A DNA stretch of 64,000 bases from assembly GCF_009914755.1 (NCBI RefSeq), contig NC_060935.1, one strand, 5' to 3'. Shown here in pieces: positions 14,816 through 34,624 of the stretch. Made by a program: the position numbers and the translations under genes. Position 1 is the stretch's first letter. Every line of letters starts with the position of its first letter. The DNA comes from the human T2T-CHM13v2.0 reference genome, Homo sapiens. The notes under the pieces are model-generated. The model was not told the origin of the DNA, searched no databases, and saw nothing but the letters and a program-made list of their open reading frames with translations.

Positions 14816-15729
14816 AAGAATCTCAATTGACTGACCTTTAAATTCAGATTCTCCCTTCTGCCAACTTAACTTTGCTGCTGAACACTTATAGTATATCTTT
14901 ACTTCAGTTATTGTATTTTTAACTCCAGAATTTATATTTGATTCCTTTTTATAATTTGTATCAAAGATGATATTCTTTATTTGCTGAGATATCATTCTCA
15001 TACTTCCCTTCAGTTCTTCAGACATGGTTTCCTTTAGCTCTTTGAAATATATTAAAAATAGGCGATTTAAAATCTTTGTCTAGTAAGTCCAATGTATGGA
15101 CTTCCTTGGAGACAGTTTCTCTTGCCTCCTTTTATTCCTGTGTATGGGCTATATATTCCTGTTTCTTTATATGCCTCATAATCTTGTTAAAAATTAAACA
15201 TTTAAATAGCAGATTTCTGCTCATCAACCCTACCATCCAATAGCAAAGAGGAGTTCTTCCTTAGCTGTGGTCCTGATGAGGAACAGAATATGAACACAAT
15301 TATATAGCTGGAGGAAGACAGAGCTAGAGGACCAAAGGCTTGATGAAGGAACTCTTAAGGCTTTTGGGGAAACTAAAACAGAAGTTTAGATATTTAGGTA
15401 TCTAAATCAGAAAAACGTATAGATTAGACAGTAAATAGGACTGCTGCAAACAAAAAAATTCTTGGCATTTCAGTTTAGTCTGAGAATTTTGCTATATTCA
15501 TCTTTTGGCCATGTTATTTAAATAGTCTCTTTTGTGTGCATTTTTGACATCAAAGTATTGAACTGACAGAAAGCATTTAGCAAGAAATATAAAGCCTTAG
15601 TGTTAATTCAGTAAACAATATCTCTGATGCTGGCCAATTTGAGTATTCCTTACATTGACATTTTAGGAAAGAGTTAATAAACATGTCATGGACATATGGG
15701 ACCATTAATGGAAAGGCAAGGTCTGATCT

Positions 15730-15818
15730 CTAGATGTTTCCATCTCCTGACCTCATGATCTGCCTGCCTCGGCCTCCCAAAGTGCTGGGAATATAGGCGT
15801 GAGCCACCGCGCCTGGCC
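15730..15818 (-). mobile_element. Alu 5' fragment (~90 bp, no tail)
   Basis: Reverse complement of roughly Alu nt 1-90; ends abruptly. Confidence 0.8.
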
Positions 15819-16352
15819 AAAATATTTTTTTAGAACCTACTCTGTGCCAAGAACTATGCTTAGCATTAACTCTGTGTTTGTATATGTGCTTTTGAATACA
15901 TAACCATGAGAACCTGGGCAAGCATTGGAAACAAACAAACAGGATAATTTCAATTATACAGGGTGCTAGAAGAGAGGCACCTAGACAAACATGAGGTTTA
16001 AAAATGATTTTCTATAGGAAATCATGTCTGAGTGCACCCAGTTATTATGCTAGGCACCATGGGAAATACAGAACATAAGATCAAATATGTGAAACAAAGA
16101 CTGATGTAGCTGTTAATATAATTTAAGATAAGTGTTATGTCTGAATGGTAAGGGAAACAACAGAATAATGCTGGCTGGAGTCTCTAAGGAGTATGTCTAA
16201 GAAGTATGACATGAATTGAGATAGGAGGAAAGCATTCCAGGTAGGGAAATACATCCCCAGCACCCTCAATGGCAGAATTTAGTTACCTGAGGTAAATAAA
16301 TGAAGAGTGCTGAAGGTAAGACTGGGGCAGTATTATCCAGATTATGAAGGAG

Positions 16353-16466
<114 letters not shown>

Positions 16467-17771
16467 GAGTTTGAATTCCAAGATTTATACTTGAATTTAA
16501 TGTCAGCCAGTCGAGACTATTAGACAAGGCTATTAGCAGAAGTTCAAGAAACCTGGCATAGCTGGAAGAACTTATAAAGTTTCAAAGATTGAGACCAGAA
16601 GGGTCTAGGATAGTTAAGGGTGTTCAAAGCAGTAGCCGGTTTGGGGAGAATTTGCCTTCTATTCTCTTCCTTGCTGGTGTCTAGGTGTGCCCACAGCCAG
16701 CAAAACAAGTCAGGGATTTGCAAGGTGTCCTTTTCCTGACTGAATGAGGGGTGAGCAGATCACAGCATCTCACCAGATGGAGAAGCTTAGGCATCTTCTA
16801 GCAGGTAGTGGAAGTCTCTATAGGTTTGTCTGGAGAGGGTCAATTTTCATCATTCTTTTACTCGTATTCTACACAAACAGTAGAGAGGAACCTGTCTTGA
16901 AAGTCCTTCAGAATTACATTAGTCACAATTTTCATTAACAGAATAGTTCAGTTCTAAACTATTGAAAAAAATCTTATCAAGCTAACCCAAGACTAATTTA
17001 TCATTTTGGTTTTTGTTTTCTTAATAATTTAATTCATTAGGTTTTAAAATGGTTTTTGAGTTGCACTCTAAAGCTGATTTAAGATTATAAATATTTTCTA
17101 AAAAAATATAGTAAGGATAGGGTCACAGAAGTTTTGGTCTTTACATTTAATAAAAGTGGCCTCTGAGCTACTAAACATGTAATGCAGGATATTTTCAAAT
17201 TTTAATACAGTAGCCAAACTGTACTTTTTTGGGGGTATATGGTTATTCAGGATAATAAATATTTTAAGTACAGAGCCTATGAAAAAAAGAATCTGTTTCC
17301 TTATTATAAACACTCACATGTCCATTCTAAAGTCAATTCCAGCAAAAACTTGTGCTGTGCTTGGCAGTATTTGAATCACAGAAATAACATTAGCAGAGGA
17401 CGTTCAGGAAGGAAGGAAGGTCAAAAAAGACAGGATCCATTTCTCAGCAGCATGACAGTAATTCCCCCCTAAAAATTGTAACTAAGCATTTTTCCCCCAG
17501 TCGGTAAGATTGTGGCTGCAACAGATTGGGCCTCAAAAACCTTTCTAAGGAATGGTTTTTAAATTATTAAACAAAAATTAAGTTTCAACTTCCATGTTCC
17601 ACAGTTTAATGGTACTACAATTATAACTTAATTTTCTCTAGAGAGTTATAGAGATTTATTCAGATGTTAAAAGCTGCCTGTTTGATGAATACATTTCAGT
17701 TTCTTGGTTAGAATTTGATCACTGAGAAAATTCTCTGGCTTATAGGAAATCTATGAAGACGGTTGATGGCT

Positions 17772-18089
17772 CTTTCTTTTCCTTTTTTTTTTTTTTTTTT
17801 TTTTTTTTGAGACAGTGTCTCGCCCTGTCGCCCAGGCTGGAGTGCAGTGGTACAATCTAGGCTCACTGCAACCCCCGCCTCCCAGGTTCAAGTGATTCTT
17901 ATGCCTCAGCCTCCCGAGCAGCTGGGATTACAGATGCCCACCAAGACACTCAGCTAATTTTTGTATTTTTAGTAGAGATGGGGTTTCACCATGTTTGTCA
18001 GGCTGGTCTTGAACTCCTGACCTCAAGTGATCTGCCCACCTTGGCCTCCCAAGTGTTGGGATTACAGGCATGAGCCACCATGCCTGGCC
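17772..18089 (-). mobile_element. AluS
   Basis: Full dimer; TSD ttga(t/c)ggctcttt. Confidence 0.9.
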
Positions 18090-18633
18090 TTGACGGCTCT
18101 TTGTATAACCGAGTAGTAAAGTTCCAGGGAGTTTCTTTGAGAACATCTGTGGACTGCTTGTACAGTCCCCTCTGGCAAGAGCCCCTAGTGTTTTATGCGG
18201 CAGTGTTACAGCCTGTATAGAAAATGCAAGCAAATCAAAATTGAAAAGGCATTTGTGACCTACCATAGGTGACTCTCAGGTCTAATTCCATAGAAGCAGG
18301 ACAAATAAAATTTAGCCCCAAGTTGGAATCAGCTTTGCCATCATCCTTAGCCTTTTAAACTCATCACTACTGAGATTCTAAATACTGAAAGCCTCACAAT
18401 ATCTAAATGGGGCTTTGTGTGTTTATATTATGCTTACCACAATGCACTACACTTTCAATACTGAAGGGCCTTTTACAAAGCATGTTAGTATTTTAGTTGA
18501 TGTAAACAGGTTTAATTAGAAACATGCTAGTTTCTAAAATGCAGTTACCAAATATTGTTTTAATATTAAAGGAAATAATATATGTAATGAGGTTAGTATA
18601 ATATGTGGCAATAAATAGTAAATAAGCTATTTT

Positions 18634-19341
18634 CCTTTCTGTCTGGCAGTAGCCATCAGGTAAGCCAAGATGGGTGCATACCCGCACATCCAGGAGCTAT
18701 GGAGAAAGAAGTAGTCTCATGTCATGCGCTTTCTTCTGAGAGTCAGCTGCTGGCAGTACTGCCAGCTCTCTGCTCTCCACAGGGCTCCCCGCCCCACCCA
18801 GCCTGATAAAGCGCGCCGACCAGGCTGCAAGACCAAGCAAGGTTACATTATATATAGGATTCATGTTCACCGTGGTGGCAGAAAACGCCCAGTTCCTAAG
18901 GGTGCAACTAATGGCAAGCCTGTTCATCATGGTGTTAATCAGCTAAAGTTTGCCTGAAGCCTTCAGTGCGTTGCAGAGGAGTGAGCTGGATGCCACTGTG
19001 GGGCTCTTAGAGTCCTGAATTCTTATTGGGTTGGTGAAGATTACACATACAAATTTTTTGAGGTTATCCTCATTGATCCATTCCATAAAGCTATCAGAAG
19101 AAATCCTGACACCCAATGGATCACCAAAGCAGTCTATAAGCACAGGGAGATGTGTGGGCTGACATCTACAGGCCGAAAGAGCCATGGGCTTGGAAAGGAC
19201 CGTATGTTCCACCATGCTATTGGTGGTTCTTGCCGGGCAGCTTAGAGAAGGCGCAAAACTCTCCAGTTCCACTGTTACCACTAATATAAGTAAAGTTTGT
19301 AAAATTCATACCTCATAATTTAGGACAGTCAAAAAAATAAA
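18634..19341 (+). pseudogene. Processed pseudogene of ribosomal protein L15 (RPL15/eL15)
   Basis: Intronless; pyrimidine 5' start; ATG at 18670 (MGAY…) to TAA at 19284 = 615 nt; motifs [46 protein letters not shown]; four premature stops; A-rich tail; 15-bp TSD taaataagctatttt (18619-18633 / 19342-19356). Confidence 0.97.
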
Positions 19342-20192
19342 TAAATAAGCTATTTTAATATTTTTATTCTCCTTCAAGGGACCAGAGGCCACATGAGTCT
19401 TGTTCACTATGTGTCCCCAGTAAATGACACATAGAATGACAGTAAATATTTGTTAAATTATGAATTAATGAATGGCCTCAAATAAAAACCTTTGCTAAGT
19501 CACTGAATCCCACACGTTCAAAATAGTATCTAAGAGGATATAAAAACTATACTTAAATTATAATTTATATAATTTTTATATTTATAAAAATACAAATTAT
19601 AAATTATGTTGGATGTCAGTTTGCTTAGTATAAAATATAGACTCCCAACTCTATTAATATATTACTTATTATTACTTTATCATTAACTGTTTTGTTCTTG
19701 TATTGATCTATTTTTTCTTTTAACTCATCACTGGTCAGAAGAGTTGTTTAAACAACATGAAATAAAAATGTTCAATTTGTTAGTAAGCAAAAAATTAAAA
19801 ATTAAGATTTCTTTACCTTCATCCAGATTGTTGCTCATATATGTACGTTTGTTTAAATATAAAATACAGTTTTGACAAGGGTGCAAGGATAGGCACTTTC
19901 ATACACTGCTTTCAGAAGTATATACTGATATAATCTTTTCAGAGGGCAATCAGCTAGCCAAATGAAAAGTATTAACCAATCTTTGTTTTTGACCAGGGAA
20001 TGTAGCTTCAAAAAAAGATATCTTAAGGAAGTTATCAAAGAGGTGTATTAAGATTGTAAAAAAGAACCTTCACTAAAAAGCATTAAAAAAGTTTATAAAA
20101 GCATAAAAAAGTAATAAAGTTAATGGCATATTAATATGATCAAATACTATGCAGTCATTAAAATCACATTTTCAAGTAACATGTAAAGGCAG

Positions 20193-20606
20193 TGATACAG
20201 TTTGAATGTTTTGTCCCCTCAAAATCTCATGTCGAAATGTGATCTCCAATGTTGGAGGTGGGCCTAGCAGGGGGTGTCTGTGTCATGGCAGCAGATCCCT
20301 CATGAATGACTTGCTGCTGTCCTCACAGTAATGAGAGCGTTCTCACTCTATAAGTTCACACTAGAGCTGGCTGTTTAAAAGAGCCTGGCAGCTCCCTCCT
20401 CTCTTGCTCCATCTCTCACCATATGACATGCAGGCTTCCACTTTGCCTTCTGCCATGATTGTAAGTTTCCTGAGGCCTCACCAGAAGCAGATGCCAGCAG
20501 CATGCTCCCTGTACAGTCTGCAGGACTGTGAGCCAAAATAAACCTCTTTTCTTTATATTACCCAGCCTTGTGTATTTCTTTAAACCAATGTAAATGGGCT
20601 AACACA
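20193..20606 (+). mobile_element. MaLR solo LTR (MSTB-like)
   Basis: TGATACAG…CTAACACA termini, 5-bp TSD GGCAG. Confidence 0.85.
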
Positions 20607-20959
20607 GGCAGGAATAGCTCAGAATGTATTTTATGTGAAAAAATAAAAGGACTTACGTGTATAACAATTTTGAAACATGTATATGTAATACATGCCTAGG
20701 AAAGATTAGAAGGATATGCCAAGATGACAGTAAGAGTGGTTTACTGTTACAATGTGAAGTTATTTTAATTTATCTTTAGGTTTTCTGTACTTTTCAAATT
20801 TTCTTCTGGTACTTTGGTAATCAAATGGAAAATACATACTTTATTAAAATTAAAAAGTATTGACAAACATGCTATAGAATGTTATGGTATATGCTATGCT
20901 ATTCATTTTATTTTATTTTTATTATGGCTCTCCTAGAGGATGTGAAGTCATATCTCACT

Positions 20960-21146
20960 GTTTTGTTTTTAGACACAGGGTCTCGCTCTATCACCCAGGC
21001 TGGAGTGCAGTGGTATGATCATAGTTCGCAGCTTCAAACTCTTGGACTTCAGAATCCTCCCACCTCAGGCTTCCAAGTAGTTAGGACTACAGGTGCATAC
21101 TTCCCAAAGTGCTGGGATTATAGGTGTGAGCCACCATGCCTGGCTA
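20960..21146 (-). mobile_element. AluJ with internal deletion
   Basis: Right arm joins directly to the first ~45 nt of the left arm at ~21100. Confidence 0.75.
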
Positions 21147-21170
21147 AATCACAAATTCATTAATACTGAC

Positions 21171-21464
21171 TTTTTCTTTTGAGACAGAGTTTTGCTCTTG
21201 TTGCTCACGCTGGAGTGCAATGGTGCGATCTTGGCTCACTACAACCTCCGCCTCCCGGGTTCAAGCGATTCTCCTTCCTTGGCCTCCTGAGTAGCTAGGA
21301 TTACAGGCGCGTGCCACCATGCCCAGCTAATTTTTTGTATTTTTATTAGAAATGGGGTTTCCCCATGTTAGCCAGGCTGGTCTCGAACTCCTGACCTCAT
21401 GTGATCTGCCCACCTCTACCTCCCAAAGTGCTGGGATTACAGGCATGACCTACTTTGCCCAGCC
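21171..21464 (-). mobile_element. AluSp-like
   Basis: Full dimer; TSD ctgactttt. Confidence 0.88.
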
Positions 21465-22165
21465 CTGACTTTTATATTTACTATCTACATTTAACACTTA
21501 CTTCAACTTCAACCTACTTAATTCAACTATAGTTAGGATTAACTGAGGACTACTGAATAGAATTCCAAGATGTCTGATGGAGAGGTTTGAGTAGGAAAGG
21601 ATTAGTGAGACACTGAATCAGGAAAAAGACAGCACAGAACAATATGGATTATGGGAAAACAGTAAATGTGAACTTCATATTACCTTGGTTATTTATTAAT
21701 AGCTTTAATGAAAGGGAAGGAAATTGAAGAGAATGACAGGTGAGACGGAGATGAAGGGCACAGAAATGGAAGTGAGAATTCCCTGGGTCAGTCTATTTGA
21801 CTTTTGAACATATATGTTTCAGTGTTTTACATATTTAAAATATAAAATTATATTGGCTGTTTTGTTCACTGAGGCACTCAGAATGATACCTCACACTTAG
21901 TATTTATTCAAGAAATACTTGCTGAATAAGATACATAAACATTGTATTTTGATATTTTATTAGTTCATTAACTACAAGAAGTTTCAGTTAGCACATCTAT
22001 AATTAAATATTTGTTCTAAGGCATGTTCAAATATTGTAAACTACTACACTAAGAACGTATGAAGATAAACTGACTATTAAATACTCAGACTTTAATCATT
22101 ATTCATTGTGATGCTGCCAACTTTAACTTCTATTGCATGACATGGAGGTAAAACAACACAATTAC

Positions 22166-24727
<2,562 letters not shown>

Positions 24728-26184
24728 CTAGACAATTACATGGTCAATAATTACAATGCTCAAAATGTCAATACCTGCCAATATCCTCTAATGCAAGTCT
24801 GTAAAATAGGTATTGTGGAAGTATCTAGCATATTTTACCTTTAAAATATGATGGTATAAACAGAGTAATAGCTACCATTTACAGAATATCTATTATATTC
24901 TAGGAGCTTTGTGCAGTAACTCTACTTTTTACAACCACCTTTAAGGTAGACAACATTTTCATTTTACAGAGCAGGAAACTGAGTCCCAAGATGTTAAGTA
25001 TAATGCCTAGGGAAATTTTTCAAGCTTAAGTAAACATTCATATTCACAAGACTACTCACAAGGATGTAGGACAAAAATGACTGCCTGCCAACAAGGCAGC
25101 ACCAGGTGCCCCTCTTTGTGGGACTAGTCTTTGCAGCCATCTATGCAATAGCTCACCCAGCTACCCAAGAGCTATTCTCCTTGTGTCCCAGCCTGCTTTC
25201 CCAGGCCCCAGGTGAGATTCAGGTCCAAGAAAATGAGACTCACATCACTGGGTCTGGGAGTCACTCTGGTTTAACAGCTGCATGCCCCATGGGGCCAACA
25301 TCTCTTAACAACAATGCTGTAGGTACGAAGCATTTTCCAATATATCTTATTTCTTAGTTAAGGGCTTTAAACCAAGTGGAAGACCTAGGTTTTATGTTCA
25401 AATTTATTTAAACTTCCCCTGGGTAAGAAATGCTGTGTGTCACAAGAGAAGTTTGAACTCTTCTTATCCAGACTCACACTCAGGCCCACATCTGGCCAAG
25501 AGGAGCAGAACTGAAGAGGTTTTCCCACAACAATGGTTGATCTACAAAAATCCACTTATGCTCTCCCATGTAGTGTCCCCTCTGACTTGTGATACACACT
25601 TACAAGTTGTCTGACTAGAACTAAAGCCAAAGTCAGTGTTTACTTGACTCACATAGGAATTGACCACAAGATCTTATTCTAAGCAATGAACTAATCAACC
25701 AGAGTCACTGAGTCTAGCAAGAAATGGGTATATTATAATGAAAGATTAATAGCCACACCACTATATTGCTGGTCCTAATGGACGTGTAGGAACTCCCATC
25801 CTCCAGCACATTCTGTTGGAACAGCCCTTACTTTAAATCTCCCAAAAGTTAGTTCATAGATTTCTGATTATAAATTACAGTGTGATAAAATCATTAGTTA
25901 AAAAAAATATTGAAAACATAATTTTCTGATTATAGAATACATGCTCAATAAAGAAAATTAAATACAGAAAAATCCAAAGAAAACAAAAATCACAGGTAAT
26001 CTCACATAAATATGGGAACATTAACTTATAAAACAGACTTTAAAAACAAATTCAAGACTATATTTTACATATTATTTATGATTCTCATTTTAATCAGTTA
26101 ATACAGTGTTAACATTTTTCATGGCACTATAATGGTATAATCTTATACAACATAATTTTTATGACATCGTTTGGGTATCATACA

Positions 26185-26498
26185 TTTTTTGTTTGTCTGT
26201 TTTGTTTTGTTTTTTTGAGACAAAGTCTCACTCTGTCACCCAGGCTGGAGTGCAGTGGTGCGATCTCGGCTCACTGCAACCTCCACCTCTGGGTTTCAAG
26301 TAATTCTTCTGTCTCAGCCTCCTGAGTAGCTGGGATTACAGGCATGTGCCACGAGACCTGGCAAATTTTTGTATTTTTAGTAGAGATGGGGTTTTGCCAT
26401 GTTGGCCAGGCTGGTCTTGAACTCCTGGACTCAAGCAATCCACCCACCTCAGCCTCCCAAAATGCTGGGATTACAAGCGTGAGCCACTGTGCCCAGCC
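26185..26498 (-). mobile_element. AluS
   Basis: Full antisense dimer. Confidence 0.9.
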
Positions 26499-26852
26499 AC
26501 TGGATATCATAAATTATTGGCTGCTTATTATGAAACATTTCAATTACTTCAAAATTACTGAATGTTTCATTTTTCAACATTTTAGTTGCTTTCCATTTTT
26601 AATCTCATTGTCATCATCAAGCATGTAGACAAATATCATAATAGATATTTATTATATCCTTAGAATAAATTCTTACAACATAATTTCTGAGACAAAGAAT
26701 ATAGTTTATTTTAAAGCATTTGATACATATTACCAATTAAGTCCTCCAAAACAACTGTATCAATTTACATTATCAATAATAGAATATGAGTGTATTAACA
26801 AAATTTTAACTTACCATTTTAATGGATACAATTAAGATTAACATTGTCATAA

Positions 26853-27155
<303 letters not shown>

Positions 27156-27214
27156 ATAATTTTCATTTCTTTGATTACTGGTGGGATGCTAGATTTTCAC
27201 AGTCACTAGTCTTA

Positions 27215-28830
<1,616 letters not shown>

Positions 28831-28979
28831 TATGATTAGTAGTCTTTTGTATTTCCCTTTTTAAAACTGAATTTGTAGTTTTTCCTTATTTCTTTTAGGA
28901 TATTTTAATTTTTCATTTATAAGAATACTTAACTCCCACATTATCATTTGGCTTCTCAGATATTTAGAGGCAGCACAGG

Positions 28980-29600
28980 TAGTAGTTGCGGTGGAAACTA
29001 TTTGTTGTTGTCCGCCAAATGTTATCCCTTTCTTCCTGGGCACATGCTGTGGGACTACACTTCCTAGCCTCCATACCTGCTGTGAGATTGACCACGTGAC
29101 TAATTCTCTCTAATTCAGTGTGAACAGAAGTAACATTTGCTCCTTTAAGGACTAGATCTTAAGAGAATAGGTGTGTCTTCTCCATGCTCTCTTTCCCCTA
29201 TCCACTGGCTAGAACTCAAATAAATCAATGACACAGGTTTAGCCAGGCCATGAGAGAAAGTGATGGACTACCCTGCTATCTGAGTCTCTGAATAACTTCA
29301 TGAGGCAAATGCTACCTATCTACTCCAAACCATTGCATTAGAAATAATTAACACCTATCTTTTGTGAACCACTGCATTTTGGGTCTTCCTATTCTAATTG
29401 TTTAGCCTTTATCCTAATTAATACAGGATTAGTATCTGGTGTAGGATATTGCTGTAACAAAAAAACTAATATAGGTGGCATCTGTTAAGTGGCAGAGTTG
29501 TAAGCAGTGATGAAACAGATGCTGCAGATTGGGAAGCTGGTAAACCTTGTTACACTATGACAAAACATCTGGCATATGATAACACAGCAAACGAGAGCGA
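28980..29600 (+). mobile_element. Old MaLR LTR (MLT1-like) with adjoining internal fragment
   Basis: MLT1-like motifs (gggactacacttcctagcctcc; ctaattaataca followed by internal-like sequence); boundaries approximate. Confidence 0.55.
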
Positions 29601-30521
29601 CAGATTACGCAGCTCTAGGGCAGAGTTTCTCAACCTTGGCACTGACTTATACGTAAAGCACTTACTACAAGGCTTGGCATTTAGCTCAATAAATGTTTGC
29701 TCTGGTGTTATTATTACACATTTCTGAACTGTGGGATTGTAAAATTTATCACCATTTTCCCATATAGTGCTTGCCTTTGCTAGAATCCTTAAAAATCTCA
29801 CCCCTACACTAAGATCAGATAAATATTCTCCCATGTTTTTCTCTATTACATTTATCTTTAACAAACCTATAACTTACTTTGGCCTGGTTTGATGGAAGAA
29901 ACAAAATTTTTCTTCCTAAGAGTCTCAATGTCATGACTTTTAAAATCTGTTATTTTCCAATTGATTTGAGGTTTACCCTTTCACAATCTCTTTATAAATT
30001 CTTAATATCTAACTGAGATCAATCATGCTTGCTGAGGAAATGAGGCTAGCGTTCAGTATAGCAGAGAAAGTCCTTACTCCCATAAAACTTAGGGAAAATC
30101 CTATTTGACAAGAATACTGTAACAGCTATACTCTTTCTTTCACTTACAAGATAACTTTCAGAATCTACATATTGTTGGCATTTTCAACAGGCACACTTCA
30201 GGGCATTTTTATTTTTGGCAAGAATCAAAAATTCCCTGAAGCTTCATGGTAGGTCTGCATATGTCTTACCAAATGAAGACAAGATTAGACAGGAAGAGCA
30301 CCCATGAGTTTAATGCTTGGAAACTCCCTGTGTACTTTAACTTATATTGGTCTTGCTTGGTCACTCAGATGAAGCAACTCTCTCTTCTCTATCTTAATAC
30401 CAGAAAGATATATATGGCCTATGAAGGAAAACACTAATCTAGTATTAGTCTCTAGTATTTTTAGAGCAAAAACAATTCCATACACTTTTTTGTTTGCTTG
30501 TGTTCACCAAGTTTGACTATC

Positions 30522-30816
30522 TTTTTTTTTTTTTGAGACAGGGTCTCACTCTGTGACCTAGTGTGGAGTGCAGTGGCACTATTTCGGCTCACTGCAACTT
30601 CCGCCTCCCGGGTTCAAGTGATTCTCCTGCCTCAGCCTCCTGAGTAGCTGGGATTACAGGCATGTGTCACCACGCCCAGCTAATTTTTATATTTTTAGTA
30701 GAGACAAGGTTTCACCATGTTGGCCAGGCTGGTCTCAAACTCCTGACCTCAAGTGATCTACCGGCCTCGGCCTCTCAAAGTGCTGGGGTTACAGATATGA
30801 GCCACCATGCCTGGCC
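30522..30816 (-). mobile_element. AluS
   Basis: Full antisense dimer. Confidence 0.9.
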
Positions 30817-31714
30817 TATAGTTAATTTTGGTAAGAAAATTTGGTTAAGATACATAAGAGCTTATTGGTAGAGATGAGACATTAAGTTATATGGATTAGT
30901 GGAAGATAAGGGAAGGAAGAAAGATAAATGAATACTTACAGAACACCTACTATGTGCCAGGCACTTACACATATTTACAATTCATGAAAAGGATATTGTT
31001 CACCTTATTTCCACAGGTGAAGAAACAGGATCTTACAGTTTAAGATATATAATAAAGCAATAAAAGCCTACTCCTGGAGGGAGGCTTTCTTGATAGAATT
31101 ATCTGCTTTTCCTCAAGGTCAGCAGTTCACCCGCTTTAAAGCCTCAGACAATCCTGAAGCAAACACAACTACTCCTCTATGGTGCTGGCAGACTTTGACT
31201 TGAAAAAATTTTGTTACTGAAAGTGCAAAGAATAAGAGATATTTATGAAGTTATTGTGCTCCAATAGAAAATAAAATAAACATAGTATTAGATATTAAGA
31301 AAAGTAAAACACACCAGAAAACATGAGATGCCTAACAGTGCTGGATCAGAAAGAAAAGGTATAGTTAGAGAAGAGGAACATTCTTTGAGAAATGGTCTTG
31401 AGAAAGCATGACAAGCATTAGAAACTAAGGTAGTGAGGTAAACTCCAGATCTTAGATCTCCAGAAACCTACTGCTGGTGATGAGTATACTTCCCATCAAT
31501 TCCTTTTTCAAAATTCCTTTTTCACAATTTCTTTTTCAAAAAATCTTTAATCTCTAATTCTGCTTTCTGAAATATCTACATTTGGAAAATAAATTCTCTC
31601 TCTTAAGGCCAGTTGAGAGCTTATTTGACACTAGCACTCCTTGTAAAACATCATCTAATTTACAGCTATATAAAAGATACTGCTAATATATCACCTAAAT
31701 CAATTTCAACCACA

Positions 31715-32870
<1,156 letters not shown>

Positions 32871-33118
32871 GAGTAGGTAACCAGGCTGGTCAGGAGATGA
32901 GTAGTGTACAAAGAGATTAAGAAAATATATTGAGTATGATGAAAGCCAAATTTATCAATGGTAAGGAAGATATTTACATACAAACATAGAAAGGGGGAAG
33001 GCTACAAAGAATCTTGAAGTATTGAACCTGCCATCAGACATCTCAATGTGAATTGATATCTATACATATACACACACACACACAGATATATACAGAAACA
33101 GATCTGGCTGTATGTATA

Positions 33119-34067
33119 TGTAATAAAGATAGGAAAAAACTGAAGTGCTTTTTCTACCCTCACTCACCACTCAACACAATACTTCTGACTTCAGATGTGT
33201 GGGGACTTTCCCACATGCCAAGCAATTCCCTGGCAGATACCAGCTGGACATCCTCCAGTCCAATTCTGACACTCTCTTCCTGGAGAGCGTCAGGTGTCAC
33301 AGACTGCTAACCCACAAGACTGCTCCCCACTTCAGATGCTAATTGGAAGTCTCAGGTTGTGACCTGTACTTCTGACCAACCAGCTAAAAATTGGCGTTCC
33401 TATGACACCTTTCTTAGGGTCGATTAGTTTGCTATAGTGGGTCACAGAACCCAAGGAAACATTTTATTTATACTTACTCATTTATTATAAAACATTATTA
33501 CAAAGGAACAGATGAACAGCCAGATAGAAGAAATGCATAGGGCAAGGTATGGAAGAAGGCATGTGAGGCTTCCATGCCCTCTCTGGGTGGGCTACCCTCC
33601 AGGAGGCTCCCCGAACCCTGTCCTGGGTTTTTCATAGAGGCTTCATTTCATGGGCATAATTGGTTACACCACTGGCTAATGGTGATCAAGTCACCCTTTA
33701 AGCTCCTCTCTGAAGTAGGTGGGTGGGGTGGAGCTAAAAGTTCCAACCCTTTAATCATGTTTGGATCCCTTGGCAACCAGCCCCCATCCTGACGCTATTC
33801 AGGAGCCCACTAAGAGTTACTTCATTAAGACAAGATTCTCCTATGACCCAGGAAACTCCAAGGGATTTAGGAGCTCTGTGTCAGACACTCCTATCATTCA
33901 GGAAATCAGAAAGGTCTTAGGAGCCCTGTGACAGGAACTGGGGTCAGAGACCAAATATAGGAACAAAAGATTCTCTTAGTGCCCCTTATCTACAAGGGCT
34001 TTAGGAGCTCTGTGCCAGGAACTTGGGGGCAGAGACCAAACATGTATTTCAAATTATAATATTACAG
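33119..34067 (-). mobile_element. MER21-like LTR
   Basis: MER21-like motifs (cacaagactgctccccacttcagatgc; ttaggagctctgtgccaggaac…gcagagaccaaa). Confidence 0.75.
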
Positions 34068-34624
34068 TGCATACATACATATATTTCCTAGTTCTGCCCA
34101 CTACGGACTCAAAGTAATAGCACACAGAAGCAATGAGCACACCAAGTGCTTAGTTTTTAAATATCATCCTCCACTAAAAGGAAACAGGGGTTCTTGGGGA
34201 AATAGTTGATTCCAGAATTGGGGCAAAGAAAGTACATGATAAGCCTGGAACATCCTGCACCAGAGAGGAAGTGCTCAGAGAACAATGGGGACATACTCCT
34301 ATCAGTCAAGTATGGAGCAATTTGAGCGTAAAAATAAATAGTAAGAGTAACAAATTTCAATCCATTGAATAAAACAGAAATCCATGGACATAATGATATA
34401 AATAAATAAACAAGCACATAAATGGCAGAGAATAGAAACTTCTTCCTTCCATTAGAATGCCAACTAAGAAAAGTAGAAGAAATGATGAAAATAGAAAACC
34501 ACCATTTGGCAACCATCATAAAGGTGGTTGATTCAGGAGGGTTTCATCAAAGTATGCTAAGGCTGGTGAGTGGAGGTCTGACAAGGAACAGGATATTGGC
34601 AGAGTCTCCCCACAAAATACTATT

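Noticed and set aside
16281-16310. Possible recursive splice site (minus strand cttcatttatttacctcag|GTAACT)
   Set aside because: The regenerated donor GTAACT is weak relative to GTAAG; not supportable without saw-tooth RNA-seq coverage.
18697-19281. Minus-strand ORFs of 77 and 112 aa
   Set aside because: Antisense frames of the RPL15 pseudogene with no independent coding evidence.
33855-34045. Three spaced imperfect repeats (ttaggagc.ctgtg.cag) resembling a repeat-spacer array
   Set aside because: They lie within the MER21-like LTR and match its internal repeats as I recall them; spacing is irregular and the DNA is human, so not CRISPR.
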